Below, piece after piece: positions 19,037 to 27,686 of a DNA stretch of 64,000 nt. This DNA comes from Candidatus Omnitrophota bacterium (lineage in GTDB: Bacteria > Omnitrophota > Gorgyraeia > Gygaellales > Profunditerraquicolaceae). The notes below the pieces were generated by a model, which searched no databases, had not been told where the DNA came from, and saw only the letters and a list, made by a program, of their open reading frames with translations. Positions within the stretch are counted from its first letter, which is position 1. Every line of letters begins with the position of its first letter. Where the stretch lies: the NCBI GenBank assembly GCA_041651115.1, contig JBAZJY010000002.1:350855-414854 (forward strand), in the 5' to 3' direction. Made by a program: the position numbers and the translations under genes.

Positions 19037-20275
19037 TTGTCCGATTCAAAGAATAGAACTCCCCGGAGCCATATTTATAGGCGTCACAGGATGCACAGCC
19101 AGTCAATCATTGAACTGGAGCAGGCGATGCTGCCCGTCAAAGCGGCGATGCAGGCGCGCGGGCTCAATATCTGCTTGGAAAAATTAGATAGCCTAATCAA
19201 TAAGATTAACCATGAAAAATCAGACATAGAGTCTAACCTTCGCTCAAGCCTCGGCATTAAGGGCGAGATAAATTTCAACAGCTCAAAGGATATCGCGGTC
19301 ATTCTTTCCGCGGCCTTAGGGGTTAAATTGCTTAAGAGCCGCAGCGGTAGATTTATTACGAACAGGCAGGTTCTCCAAAATTTCAATAATCCTTTGACTG
19401 AAACTATTGCCCAATATCGCAACCTGCAAAAGATTTTGTCTTCCCTAACGGCTGTTTATGGAGCAACTGACAAAGCGGAAGCTAAACTATCCTGCATCTA
19501 TACTGATGATTGCCCCAGCGGTCGGCTTTATACCAAAAACTACAACATCCAAGGCATCGGCGAACTCTGCCGTGGTGTCGTTTATCCTGATGAGGGCTGT
19601 TCGTTTATCTTAGCGGACTACGATAGTTTTGAATTGCGAATTCTTAGCGCACTTGCCCACGATACCTATTTTAAAGACTGCTGGTCTAAAGGTTTGGATT
19701 TACACCGTAAAGTAGTCAGTGATATGAAAGGGATTCCCTACGAATCCGTAACTGCTAAGGAACGCAAACTCGGAAAATGTCTCAATTTCGGTCTTGCATA
19801 CGGTCAGGAGCCTCATGGATTGGCGCGTAATCTCCGTATTCCCGTTTCTGAGTCTTCTAAGTTAATGGCTGGCTATAAAAACAAGATTCCTAAGATTGAA
19901 GAATTTAAACGGGAGTCAATCCGTTCAGCGCATATCACCGGCTACACTAAGACTTACTACGGTCGCAAGCGCCTGCTTCCTGAAATCCTATCTTCTAATC
20001 TCCTCGATGCAAAGAAAGCTGAGCGGCAAGTCATTAATACCAAGATCCAAGGCACAGGGGCAGACATTGTTAAATTCAGCTTAGTTAAATTACATAACGC
20101 CGGGTTTAAAATAGACACCATGTTACACGACGGGATTTTAATTACGGTCTCAGACGATAAGGTCGACAGCAGCATTCAGAAGATCAGGGAAATTATGGAG
20201 ATAGAAATTGAAGGGATGAAATTTACTACTTCTATCAAAACCGGGAAGACGTGGGGCCAATGTCACCAATCTTAA
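19037..20275 (+). CDS. Family-A DNA polymerase, polymerase domain only (no exonuclease domains)
   Basis: Motif A ADYDSFELRIL, motif B KLGKCLNFGLAYG, motif C MLHDGIL; TTG start at 19037 or ATG at 19091. Confidence 0.75.
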   Translation: MSDSKNRTPRSHIYRRHRMHSQSIIELEQAMLPVKAAMQARGLNICLEKLDSLINKINHEKSDIESNLRSSLGIKGEINFNSSKDIAVILSAALGVKLLKSRSGRFITNRQVLQNFNNPLTETIAQYRNLQKILSSLTAVYGATDKAEAKLSCIYTDDCPSGRLYTKNYNIQGIGELCRGVVYPDEGCSFILADYDSFELRILSALAHDTYFKDCWSKGLDLHRKVVSDMKGIPYESVTAKERKLGKCLNFGLAYGQEPHGLARNLRIPVSESSKLMAGYKNKIPKIEEFKRESIRSAHITGYTKTYYGRKRLLPEILSSNLLDAKKAERQVINTKIQGTGADIVKFSLVKLHNAGFKIDTMLHDGILITVSDDKVDSSIQKIREIMEIEIEGMKFTTSIKTGKTWGQCHQS

Positions 20276-20293
20276 ATAACAGGCTTAATCAAA

Positions 20294-20427
20294 TTTTTAA
20301 CTTTTTTGGGCTGGCAAAAAGCTACCTGTTTATTGTGTATGGTCATAGTTTGACTTGTGCTGGGAGATTTTATGCTGATAAATGATTTTACCTTTTGAGC
20401 CAAAAATAACCCAACCTATGCCCTGTT
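20294..20427. repeat. 134 bp direct repeat, copy 1
   Basis: Perfect match to 24463..24596; contains promoter-like TTGACT-N17-TGCTGATAAAT. Confidence 0.9.
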
Positions 20428-20439
20428 AGAGTTTTTCTT

Positions 20440-20745
20440 ATGAAACTGTTACCGAAAGAACTGGCACAAAAGATACCTAATCTCTATTCGCAGGAATATA
20501 AGGGCGAAGAGGCGTTGGTTTATATTAAATTATTCGATCCCTGCAGTAACTGGGCATGGTTTGCCACGGAATTTGATGGTGAGGATACTTTTTTCGGATT
20601 AGTGATTGGCCATTTTACAGAACTGGGCTATTTCAGCTTAAAAGAATTAGAGAGTTTTCGCAACCGTCTTGGGCTGGGTATTGAAAGGGATTTGCATTTT
20701 ACACCTATGACTCTAAAGGAAGTGAGGGAAGTAAATGGCTGCTAG
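20440..20745 (+). CDS. DUF2958-like conserved phage/plasmid protein
   Basis: LPxLYSQE...KLFDP..NWAWFATEFDGEDTFFGLV..ELGYFSL.ELE....LGLGIERDLHF pattern recalled from plasmid/ICE proteins. Confidence 0.5.
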   Translation: MKLLPKELAQKIPNLYSQEYKGEEALVYIKLFDPCSNWAWFATEFDGEDTFFGLVIGHFTELGYFSLKELESFRNRLGLGIERDLHFTPMTLKEVREVNGC

Positions 20746-20793
20746 GTCTATATTTTTATTGATAATTATTCTGCCGGTAGTATCATAATTCCT

Positions 20794-21399
20794 ATGACAA
20801 TACAAGAGCGCTACGAAGCATTAAAAGGTAAAGTCGTTAAGAGAAAGAAGGAATTCGATTCCTTCATAAAGATGTTGGAGTCAGAGTCAAGTTGGCTCAC
20901 AAGTCCGGCAAGCACGAGGTTCCATTTGAACAAAGAAGGTGGGCTTTTGGAGCATAGTGTTGGCGTTACTGAAACTCTCCTGAAATTCAGAGAGTTCCTC
21001 GCTCCTCAAATATCAGAGGAATCTTGCGTAATTGTTGGGCTTCTTCACGATGTCGGCAAGATAGGCATGCCTGGCAAACCTAGGTATTTGAAGAATGATA
21101 ACCAATGGGAGATCGATAAACGAGGTATTACCTATAAGATCAACCCCGCAGAGGTAGATATGAATCTTGCCGCACGCAGCTTGTATCTCATTGCAAAATA
21201 TATCCCGCTTTCTGACTCAGAGGCCCAAGCTGTTCTTTATCACGATGGCCAATTTTTAGATTTTAACAAGGAAGTGGCGCATAAAGAGACGCCCTTGACT
21301 CTTTTAGCGCATTGGGCTGATTACTGGACGGCGCATATCTATGAAGAAGGCCGTAGCATTAATGAAGATAGTGATTATTATACTGGAGATAGAAAATAA
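20794..21399 (+). CDS. HD-domain phosphohydrolase
   Basis: H..H, LLHDVGK and a late D motif of the HD superfamily. Confidence 0.7.
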   Translation: MTIQERYEALKGKVVKRKKEFDSFIKMLESESSWLTSPASTRFHLNKEGGLLEHSVGVTETLLKFREFLAPQISEESCVIVGLLHDVGKIGMPGKPRYLKNDNQWEIDKRGITYKINPAEVDMNLAARSLYLIAKYIPLSDSEAQAVLYHDGQFLDFNKEVAHKETPLTLLAHWADYWTAHIYEEGRSINEDSDYYTGDRK

Positions 21400-21401
21400 A
21401 T

Positions 21402-22355
21402 ATGTATCAACCAATGCATTCAGATTTTCTTATACACTGGACAGGCAAGGACATTGATGCAAAATATGACCCTAGGTGGTATACAGGACATTCATCGCGG
21501 ACAAGTGAGAAGGCTATCAAGTTATATTTGCAGCGTCTTAAAGGCATCTTATACCACGGCTTGTGGATGACAAAGCGCAGAGAAGATGAGACGGTTGTTA
21601 TTTATGATAACAATGGGAAGAGAAGAAAAATTAAGAGACCAGAAACAGCGAGGATATGTTTTACTGAATTGCGGCTGTCTGACGCGCGGGCTCATGCGAA
21701 AAAGTTTGGAAGGTTAGGTATTGGATTTAAAAGATTTTTTGTATTCAACCTTTTAGGAGCTCCCGTGGTCTATTTTCATCCTCAGAGAGCTAACTGGTTT
21801 TTTCCTCCTTATTTCGACTGGTTCAAAAAGATTGGCAAGGAAGCGTATTTCTCATGTTTTTTGAAAAAGATGGGGGAGAAAGATAGGAAAGACAGGACTT
21901 GGAAGTATAAGTTTTTCGATGAATCAGAATGGCGCGTAGTGTATTCTCCAGAGATTAAAGAAAAATTAGTAAGTATGGGGAGAACTGATGTATGTTCCGG
22001 ATTTAAAGAATCCGGAGATAAAGAATTTAAGAGGCTTGAAAGATATTTAGAAAAGACTGGCATAAAGGAGAGGCCGAGTTATCTCATTCCTATAAATCCA
22101 TCTCGGTGGTTCGCTATGATCATTTATCCTAGTTTAGCTGTAAAAGTCATAGCCGAAAGGGATCCCGATATTAGAAGAATTATAAATAAACTGAAATCTG
22201 GCAGAGAGAGCGTGGATGGGATGGAAGCAACCATCAGCAAAGATTGGCCATCAGGGGTATCTTCCGTCGGAGCTATCGGGAAGGCCAAATCGGCTTCCCT
22301 TGAAGATTTTAATCTGCCAATTCAGATTGACTTAGACGCTTGTAGAAATTTCTAG
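21402..22355 (+). CDS. Hypothetical protein (317 aa), function unknown
   Basis: ORF translationally coupled to the HD gene (stop and start 2 nt apart). Confidence 0.5.
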   Translation: MYQPMHSDFLIHWTGKDIDAKYDPRWYTGHSSRTSEKAIKLYLQRLKGILYHGLWMTKRREDETVVIYDNNGKRRKIKRPETARICFTELRLSDARAHAKKFGRLGIGFKRFFVFNLLGAPVVYFHPQRANWFFPPYFDWFKKIGKEAYFSCFLKKMGEKDRKDRTWKYKFFDESEWRVVYSPEIKEKLVSMGRTDVCSGFKESGDKEFKRLERYLEKTGIKERPSYLIPINPSRWFAMIIYPSLAVKVIAERDPDIRRIINKLKSGRESVDGMEATISKDWPSGVSSVGAIGKAKSASLEDFNLPIQIDLDACRNF

Positions 22356-22371
22356 AAACTAGAAAGGCAGT

Positions 22372-23136
22372 ATGAATATACTTATTACAAATGACGATGG
22401 TATCAATTCTGATGGTATCTTCACTTTGTTCGAAGCGGTTAAAGAGCTTGGTAATGTAACCGTTGTAGCCCCTGATTCAGAACGAAGTGCCGCGGGCCAT
22501 GCTATAACGATATCCGATCCTTTGCGCGTGAAGACAGTGAACCGTAACGGTAAGTTTTTTGGATATGCGTGTTCAGGGACACCGGCGGACTGCGTCAAAC
22601 TAGCTGTAAGGGCATTGATGAAGGATAAACCCGACATAGTCATATCCGGGGTTAATCTGGGCCCAAACACTGGTTTTAGTGTTTTATACTCTGGTACGGT
22701 ATCAGGAGCAACTGAGGGTGCAATATTAGGCATACCAGCCTTTGCAATATCTCTGGGAACTTTCGATAACCCTGATTTTAGTATAGCAGCTGAATTTGCC
22801 AAAAAATTAGTAGTTCTGCTTAGAGAAAAAGGTCTTCCGAAGGGAACCCTGTTAAATGTCAATATCCCTGCTGTAAAAAATAGAAATGATATCAGAGGCA
22901 TAAAGGTTACTACTCAAAGCAAGACTTCATTGGTAGAGCATTTCGATAAGCGGGAGGATCCCCGTAAACACGTCTATTACTGGCTTACAGGTGAGCTGAT
23001 AGAGTTGGACGGGGAGGAAGATAGTGACATCAAAGCACTACGGGATAATTTTATCTCCATAAGCCCCGTTCATTGTGATATGACTAACCGCGCCTTTATC
23101 GATGAGCTAAAGAAGTGGGATTTTGAGAGGCGTTAA
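22372..23136 (+). CDS. surE: 5'/3'-nucleotidase SurE
   Basis: MNILITNDDGINSDGI N-terminus and a SurE-like core. Confidence 0.85.
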   Translation: MNILITNDDGINSDGIFTLFEAVKELGNVTVVAPDSERSAAGHAITISDPLRVKTVNRNGKFFGYACSGTPADCVKLAVRALMKDKPDIVISGVNLGPNTGFSVLYSGTVSGATEGAILGIPAFAISLGTFDNPDFSIAAEFAKKLVVLLREKGLPKGTLLNVNIPAVKNRNDIRGIKVTTQSKTSLVEHFDKREDPRKHVYYWLTGELIELDGEEDSDIKALRDNFISISPVHCDMTNRAFIDELKKWDFERR

Positions 23137-24206
23137 AATATATTAAAGGCCCGGCTGCAACCCAAGCTTTTGTTTTTTAAATACCAGCCTAAATTATCCA
23201 ATTCTCTATTGTCTTTTACGATCTGTTCGTAAATGTCCTCCCAAGTCAGATGGGTAAACCGCTTTTTGTATTCAGCTTTTAACATAGAGCGGACATTACG
23301 CATAACAGGCATGCTTTCAGGCTCGCCGCGCTTTAAATTCATCGCGTGCCTGTTCCTTAAGTTCACTACATACCATCTTTTCGCGCCTTCCAAATGAGCC
23401 ATTGATGCAGCGAATACAATATTCCTAAATAGCTGCTCGTAGAATGGGTTCGGCATATCACTAAAATCAAATATGCTGTTAGTATCTATTAGTTTGTTAT
23501 GGGTGCAGTATCTCGTTATTGACCTATCTGCTGCTTTTGGCTTTTCGCCCTCAACATCTTCTTTTTCTTTTGCTATAGAGTTTTTACTCCCAAACTTAGC
23601 CTCTATACATATGATAACCTTATTCGGGACGACAAGCATTATGTCCGGTTCAGTAGCGAATCGCTTTATATCACTTTCAAGGTGCTTGCGAACATCTAAT
23701 AGAGGGGCGTAAGGCGTGAATTTATTGTTTTTAAGATCAATCTTTCCGCCCCACAGATACAAGTCTACCTTATCCTTTATATCTTCATTGATTATTTGGC
23801 TCGCTAGTTTATTTAGCGCCAGTCCGTTTGATAGTAGCTCCGTAAATACATTGTAAGATACCGCATCTTCGCTGTTTTCATAGCACAGCCTTCCAGATTC
23901 CATTTTGTTGCCTTTTTTGAAGAAATTTGCTATGTAGTATTCTCCATTGAATAATAAATTACGCTTGGTGGCGGTCAGCAGGTTTGAGTCAAAGGGCCCA
24001 TTATAATATACGAATCCATTGGTATGTATCCGCAGGCCGTGTTCAGGGCAGAAGGGTAAATATCTCATTTTACCCTTGAAGCGCTGGAAGGGAACCTTAT
24101 GGCTATGGGTATCTGATGAGCAGTTTTTGATTGGGCAGCTATTAGGAAGTCTCGTTTTTTGAAGGTCGTTTCTGAAGAATGATATTGTGCAGCTTGAATC
24201 GGGCAT
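23133..24206 (-). CDS. PD-(D/E)xK-type nuclease with N-terminal Cys-rich (Zn-ribbon-like) region
   Basis: PDIMLVV...IICIEAKF matches a D..(D/E)xK core; CPIKNC...CPEHG; convergent with surE. Confidence 0.5.
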   Translation of the reverse strand: MPDSSCTISFFRNDLQKTRLPNSCPIKNCSSDTHSHKVPFQRFKGKMRYLPFCPEHGLRIHTNGFVYYNGPFDSNLLTATKRNLLFNGEYYIANFFKKGNKMESGRLCYENSEDAVSYNVFTELLSNGLALNKLASQIINEDIKDKVDLYLWGGKIDLKNNKFTPYAPLLDVRKHLESDIKRFATEPDIMLVVPNKVIICIEAKFGSKNSIAKEKEDVEGEKPKAADRSITRYCTHNKLIDTNSIFDFSDMPNPFYEQLFRNIVFAASMAHLEGAKRWYVVNLRNRHAMNLKRGEPESMPVMRNVRSMLKAEYKKRFTHLTWEDIYEQIVKDNRELDNLGWYLKNKSLGCSRAFNIF

Positions 24207-24462
24207 AGGTTATTTTTCATTGTAGCTCCCTAAAATAATAAGGGAGCGCATATCTGCTACCGGCAACGTTCAAGTAAATCCGATAGAGCTGCATTTCTCC
24301 CTGCCCTTTCGGGCAACGAAACAGCTCCACCATACTTGAACGTTCACAGGGCTCTCCCCTGTGTTATGGTAGAAACGAACTGCTCCTGATTGTAAAAACT
24401 AACTAAAGTATATCAGCCGGTTAGGTTATTGTCAATTGAGCTATGTTAGGAAGCATAGTTAT

Positions 24463-24596
24463 TTTTTAACTTTTTTGGGCTGGCAAAAAGCTACCTGTTT
24501 ATTGTGTATGGTCATAGTTTGACTTGTGCTGGGAGATTTTATGCTGATAAATGATTTTACCTTTTGAGCCAAAAATAACCCAACCTATGCCCTGTT
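24463..24596. repeat. 134 bp direct repeat, copy 2
   Basis: Perfect match to 20294..20427. Confidence 0.9.
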
Positions 24597-24648
24597 TCTA
24601 AATATATCCAATCTTAATCAGGCACGTGATGCTTCTAAGTAAAAGCCC

Positions 24649-24676
24649 TTGACTTTTTCAAAATGTAGCATATAAT
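24649..24676 (+). promoter_or_regulatory. Strong sigma70-like promoter (TTGACT, 16 nt spacer, TATAAT)
   Basis: Near-consensus hexamers read from the sequence. Confidence 0.55.
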
Positions 24677-24683
24677 TTTATTC

Positions 24684-24795
24684 AAGATACGATATAGTGG
24701 TGCGTTACGGAGAGGGAACCTCCACTTTAAAAAAGTAAAATCTCCACGAGCCGATTGCTCATGCACATTTGCGCTTGTGGGGATTTTTTATTTTA
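24684..24795 (+). ncRNA. Candidate sRNA (about 110 nt) with its own promoter and intrinsic terminator
   Basis: No ORF; internal ggagaggg/cctcc hairpin; terminator stem tctccacgagc/gcttgtgggga plus TTTTTTATTTT at 24741..24795. Confidence 0.4.
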
Positions 24796-24911
24796 TAGGG
24801 AAATTAGCTTGGTTAATTGACAAGACGAAAGGTAGGTGAATAATCTTTTAGGTATCTTGAGCGACCGAGTTTAAGTATAAAAACTATAAATATTGAAAAC
24901 GGAGGACTTAA

Positions 24912-25142
24912 ATGGGTAAAAATCAGCACGTTGTGCCTTATGGTGATAAGTGGGCAGTTAGAGGTGAGAAAAACAGCAGGATAACTTCTGATCACCACAC
25001 GCAGGGAGCGGCGATTAGTGCTGCAGTAAAAATAGCCAAGCACGAGAAATCAGAAGTAGTGATACACGGCAGGGATGCGAAGATTCGGGATAAAGATAGC
25101 TACGGATCTGATTCTTGCCCGCCAAGAGACAAAAAATATTAA
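24912..25142 (+). CDS. DUF2188-like small protein (paralog 1)
   Basis: NQHVVPYGDKWAV...EVVIHGRDAKIRDKDSYG pattern; paralog at 27304. Confidence 0.6.
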   Translation: MGKNQHVVPYGDKWAVRGEKNSRITSDHHTQGAAISAAVKIAKHEKSEVVIHGRDAKIRDKDSYGSDSCPPRDKKY

Positions 25143-25272
25143 AATACTAGAGGGGCATGAAAATGCCCCTCAGTTCTAATGTATTTTTGTGGCTTATAGA
25201 AGGAAATGGTAATATAATACAATATGAATCATAAGGGATAGTATATACAGATGCAGGACAAGATATCCTAAA

Positions 25273-26019
25273 ATGAAAAATATTGAAACTATAGGTCTTT
25301 TTAAAAAAATATTACAGCCCGCATTTATTATAACTATTGCTACGTGTGTAGGATATCTATGGGGTTGGCATTATATAGATGGTTATTTAGAACGTTTTGG
25401 ATTAAATCATGATTCCTTTGAATTTTCTTTAACCTATTATTTGAATCAGTCGTTCTTTATATCCATTTTTCTTGCAATGATTTTGTTTTTTTCCATAGGT
25501 AGAAAAAAAGATTCTCAGTTGACTATCCCTCAAGCCTTTCAGCAGAACTCAATCATTTTATTATTTTTAGGAATTGGCTTGTCGATGGCATTTAAAGATT
25601 TTCCCTCCCCGAATGCAATAATGATACTGTTAAATTCATTAATTTTGTTAATTTATTTTGTTAGATTAAGCTGTAAGAAAAAAACGATTATCTCGGTTAT
25701 TGAGAATGAAGGGTCGCCAATAGTATTTCTTTTAGCTTTCTTATTAATGATTTTACTAGGACTTTTGATTAGTAGAGATTTCGGAGAAGAACATGCCCGG
25801 AGGACCATCAGTGGCGCACTTAATAATTTATCTTCGATCTCTTTTGTATCTGATAATCCATCAATCACTGATCTCAACAAAAAAGAATTAAATCTTATTT
25901 TTTATCATAATAGTAACTATTATTTAGTTGAAAAAGAACAGCCAGCGCCTAAGTTCCCTAAAATTTTTATTGTTCCAGATAAGAATATAGAGTATGTAAT
26001 TTGTAAAAAATTTAATTAA
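25273..26019 (+). CDS. Hypothetical polytopic membrane protein (AT-rich gene)
   Basis: Multiple hydrophobic segments; very low GC compared with its surroundings. Confidence 0.5.
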   Translation: MKNIETIGLFKKILQPAFIITIATCVGYLWGWHYIDGYLERFGLNHDSFEFSLTYYLNQSFFISIFLAMILFFSIGRKKDSQLTIPQAFQQNSIILLFLGIGLSMAFKDFPSPNAIMILLNSLILLIYFVRLSCKKKTIISVIENEGSPIVFLLAFLLMILLGLLISRDFGEEHARRTISGALNNLSSISFVSDNPSITDLNKKELNLIFYHNSNYYLVEKEQPAPKFPKIFIVPDKNIEYVICKKFN

Positions 26020-26126
26020 TTTATGATTATATAGTAACTCAATGAACCTATGTTAATGGTGATTGTAGGCGTTGGTAAATATCATGGACAGAGAACACGC
26101 TAAACAAAAATGATTAAAGGAACTAT

Positions 26127-27293
26127 ATGCGCAGAGGCATAGTTGATATCGTACAGGAGAATAGCAGGGACATAGAAAGAAAAATTCTTTCTGAGTTCGC
26201 GACAAAAAGTTGTGATGCTTTAAGGCGGTTACCGGAGAAATTAGGCGTTAGGCCCGATTTCTTTAGGGACACGGATAGGATATTGCATTCTAAATGTTAT
26301 GCGAGATATATTGATAAAACACAGGTATTTTATTTATTTGATAATGATGATATTACTCATCGAGTATTACATGTTCAATTTGTCTCTAAGATTGCCAGAA
26401 CCATTGGTAGAGCTTTAAAACTGAATGAAGATTTAATTGAAGCAATAGCGTTAGGGCACGATGTTGGGCACCCTCCCTTTGGGCATGAAGGTGAAAGTTA
26501 CTTAGACGAACTTTGTTTGCATTACAAAATAGGTCATTTTGTTCATAGTGTTCAAGGAGTAATTTTTTTAGACAAAATTGAGAAAAGAATGGAGATAAAA
26601 CCATTGAATTTAAGTTTACAAGTTTTAGATGGCATACTTTGTCATGATGGCGAGAAATTTAATGATTATTTAATACCTCAAAGAAAGAAAACATGGTCAA
26701 CACATTATAATGAACGAAAGGAGAAGATGTTTAACAAGCAAGTAGCGCTCGTTCCAATGACCATGGAGGGTTGTGTTGTTAGATTTGCGGATGTTGTAAG
26801 CTATATTGGAAGAGATATTGAAGACGCTATAACGCTAAGACTAATAAAAAGACAAGATCTGCCAAGGGAATGTACAAAGGTATTAGGGGATAATAACAGA
26901 GATATAATTAACACATTAGTTACCGATTTGATAGAAAACAGCAAAAGAATTGGCGACAGGATATATTATAGTAAAAGAACCTCTAAGGTTTTAAAGAAAC
27001 TTAAGAAATTTAATGACAAAAATATCTACTTGAATAAAAAAATAAAGAGAGAATCCCCAAAAAATAAAAAATTATATACTCTTCTATTCGAAGAATTTCT
27101 TCATGATATAAAAGTAAAAAACAGTAGATCAGAAATATTTACTCAATGGAGTGACATTAAAGATGCCAAGTATATTTCAAAATGTAGACACCCAGAAATC
27201 GTACGCGATTTTTTGTCATCTCTTACAGATGATTATTTTATAGGGCTTTTTGAACGGAAATTTTTCCCAAGAAGATTTGGAATACATTTCTAA
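26127..27293 (+). CDS. dGTP-triphosphohydrolase-like HD-domain protein (Dgt family-like)
   Basis: H..RxxH at the N-terminus, ALGHDVGHPPFGHEGE signature of the dGTPase family, later D motif. Confidence 0.7.
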   Translation: MRRGIVDIVQENSRDIERKILSEFATKSCDALRRLPEKLGVRPDFFRDTDRILHSKCYARYIDKTQVFYLFDNDDITHRVLHVQFVSKIARTIGRALKLNEDLIEAIALGHDVGHPPFGHEGESYLDELCLHYKIGHFVHSVQGVIFLDKIEKRMEIKPLNLSLQVLDGILCHDGEKFNDYLIPQRKKTWSTHYNERKEKMFNKQVALVPMTMEGCVVRFADVVSYIGRDIEDAITLRLIKRQDLPRECTKVLGDNNRDIINTLVTDLIENSKRIGDRIYYSKRTSKVLKKLKKFNDKNIYLNKKIKRESPKNKKLYTLLFEEFLHDIKVKNSRSEIFTQWSDIKDAKYISKCRHPEIVRDFLSSLTDDYFIGLFERKFFPRRFGIHF

Positions 27294-27303
27294 AGGAGGA
27301 GAG

Positions 27304-27534
27304 ATGAGTAGAAACCAACATGTCGTTCCCTACGGAGACAAATGGGCTGTGCGAAAAGAAGGGAATACTAGGATAACATCTTCACACATAACTCGGAGAG
27401 ATGCTATCCATACTGCGAATAGAATTGCTTCGTCGGAAGCTTCTGAAGTGGTTATACATGGTAGAGACGGGAGAATTCGAGATAAAGACAGTTACGGTTA
27501 CGATGCGTTACCACCACGATGCAGGAAATACTAA
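27304..27534 (+). CDS. DUF2188-like small protein (paralog 2)
   Basis: MSRNQHVVPYGDKWAV...EVVIHGRDGRIRDKDSYG; RBS aaggagga; ORF-track start 27250 rejected. Confidence 0.6.
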   Translation: MSRNQHVVPYGDKWAVRKEGNTRITSSHITRRDAIHTANRIASSEASEVVIHGRDGRIRDKDSYGYDALPPRCRKY

Positions 27535-27686
27535 TTTTTAAAGAAAGAGGACTCATTAATCTGAAAGAAATCAAGGCTGTCAAGAGAGGTAGTAGTTGGC
27601 ATGATCTCACCTTTTAATATCGTCAAGAAAGGTCAAAAATATAGCCTTTGTTAATTCCATTTAGTCCCCCCTATAAGTGAATACTA

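Noticed and set aside
18942-19187. 81 aa ORF overlapping the 5' end of the polymerase gene in another frame
   Set aside because: Cys/Arg-rich low-complexity product with no RBS. It most likely reflects the polymerase leader or start region.
22359-22901. 180 aa minus-strand ORF inside surE
   Set aside because: It is antisense to a confidently identified SurE CDS.
20294-24596. Possibility that the 134 bp repeats are a CRISPR array
   Set aside because: There are only two copies, they are 134 bp long, and they lie 4 kb apart with protein-coding content between. No short regularly spaced repeats occur anywhere in the window.
27250-27303. Longer start for the second DUF2188 gene overlapping the dGTPase-like gene
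   Set aside because: The paralog at 24912 starts at the equivalent internal Met. A good RBS precedes ATG 27304, and the extension overlaps the upstream CDS in another frame.
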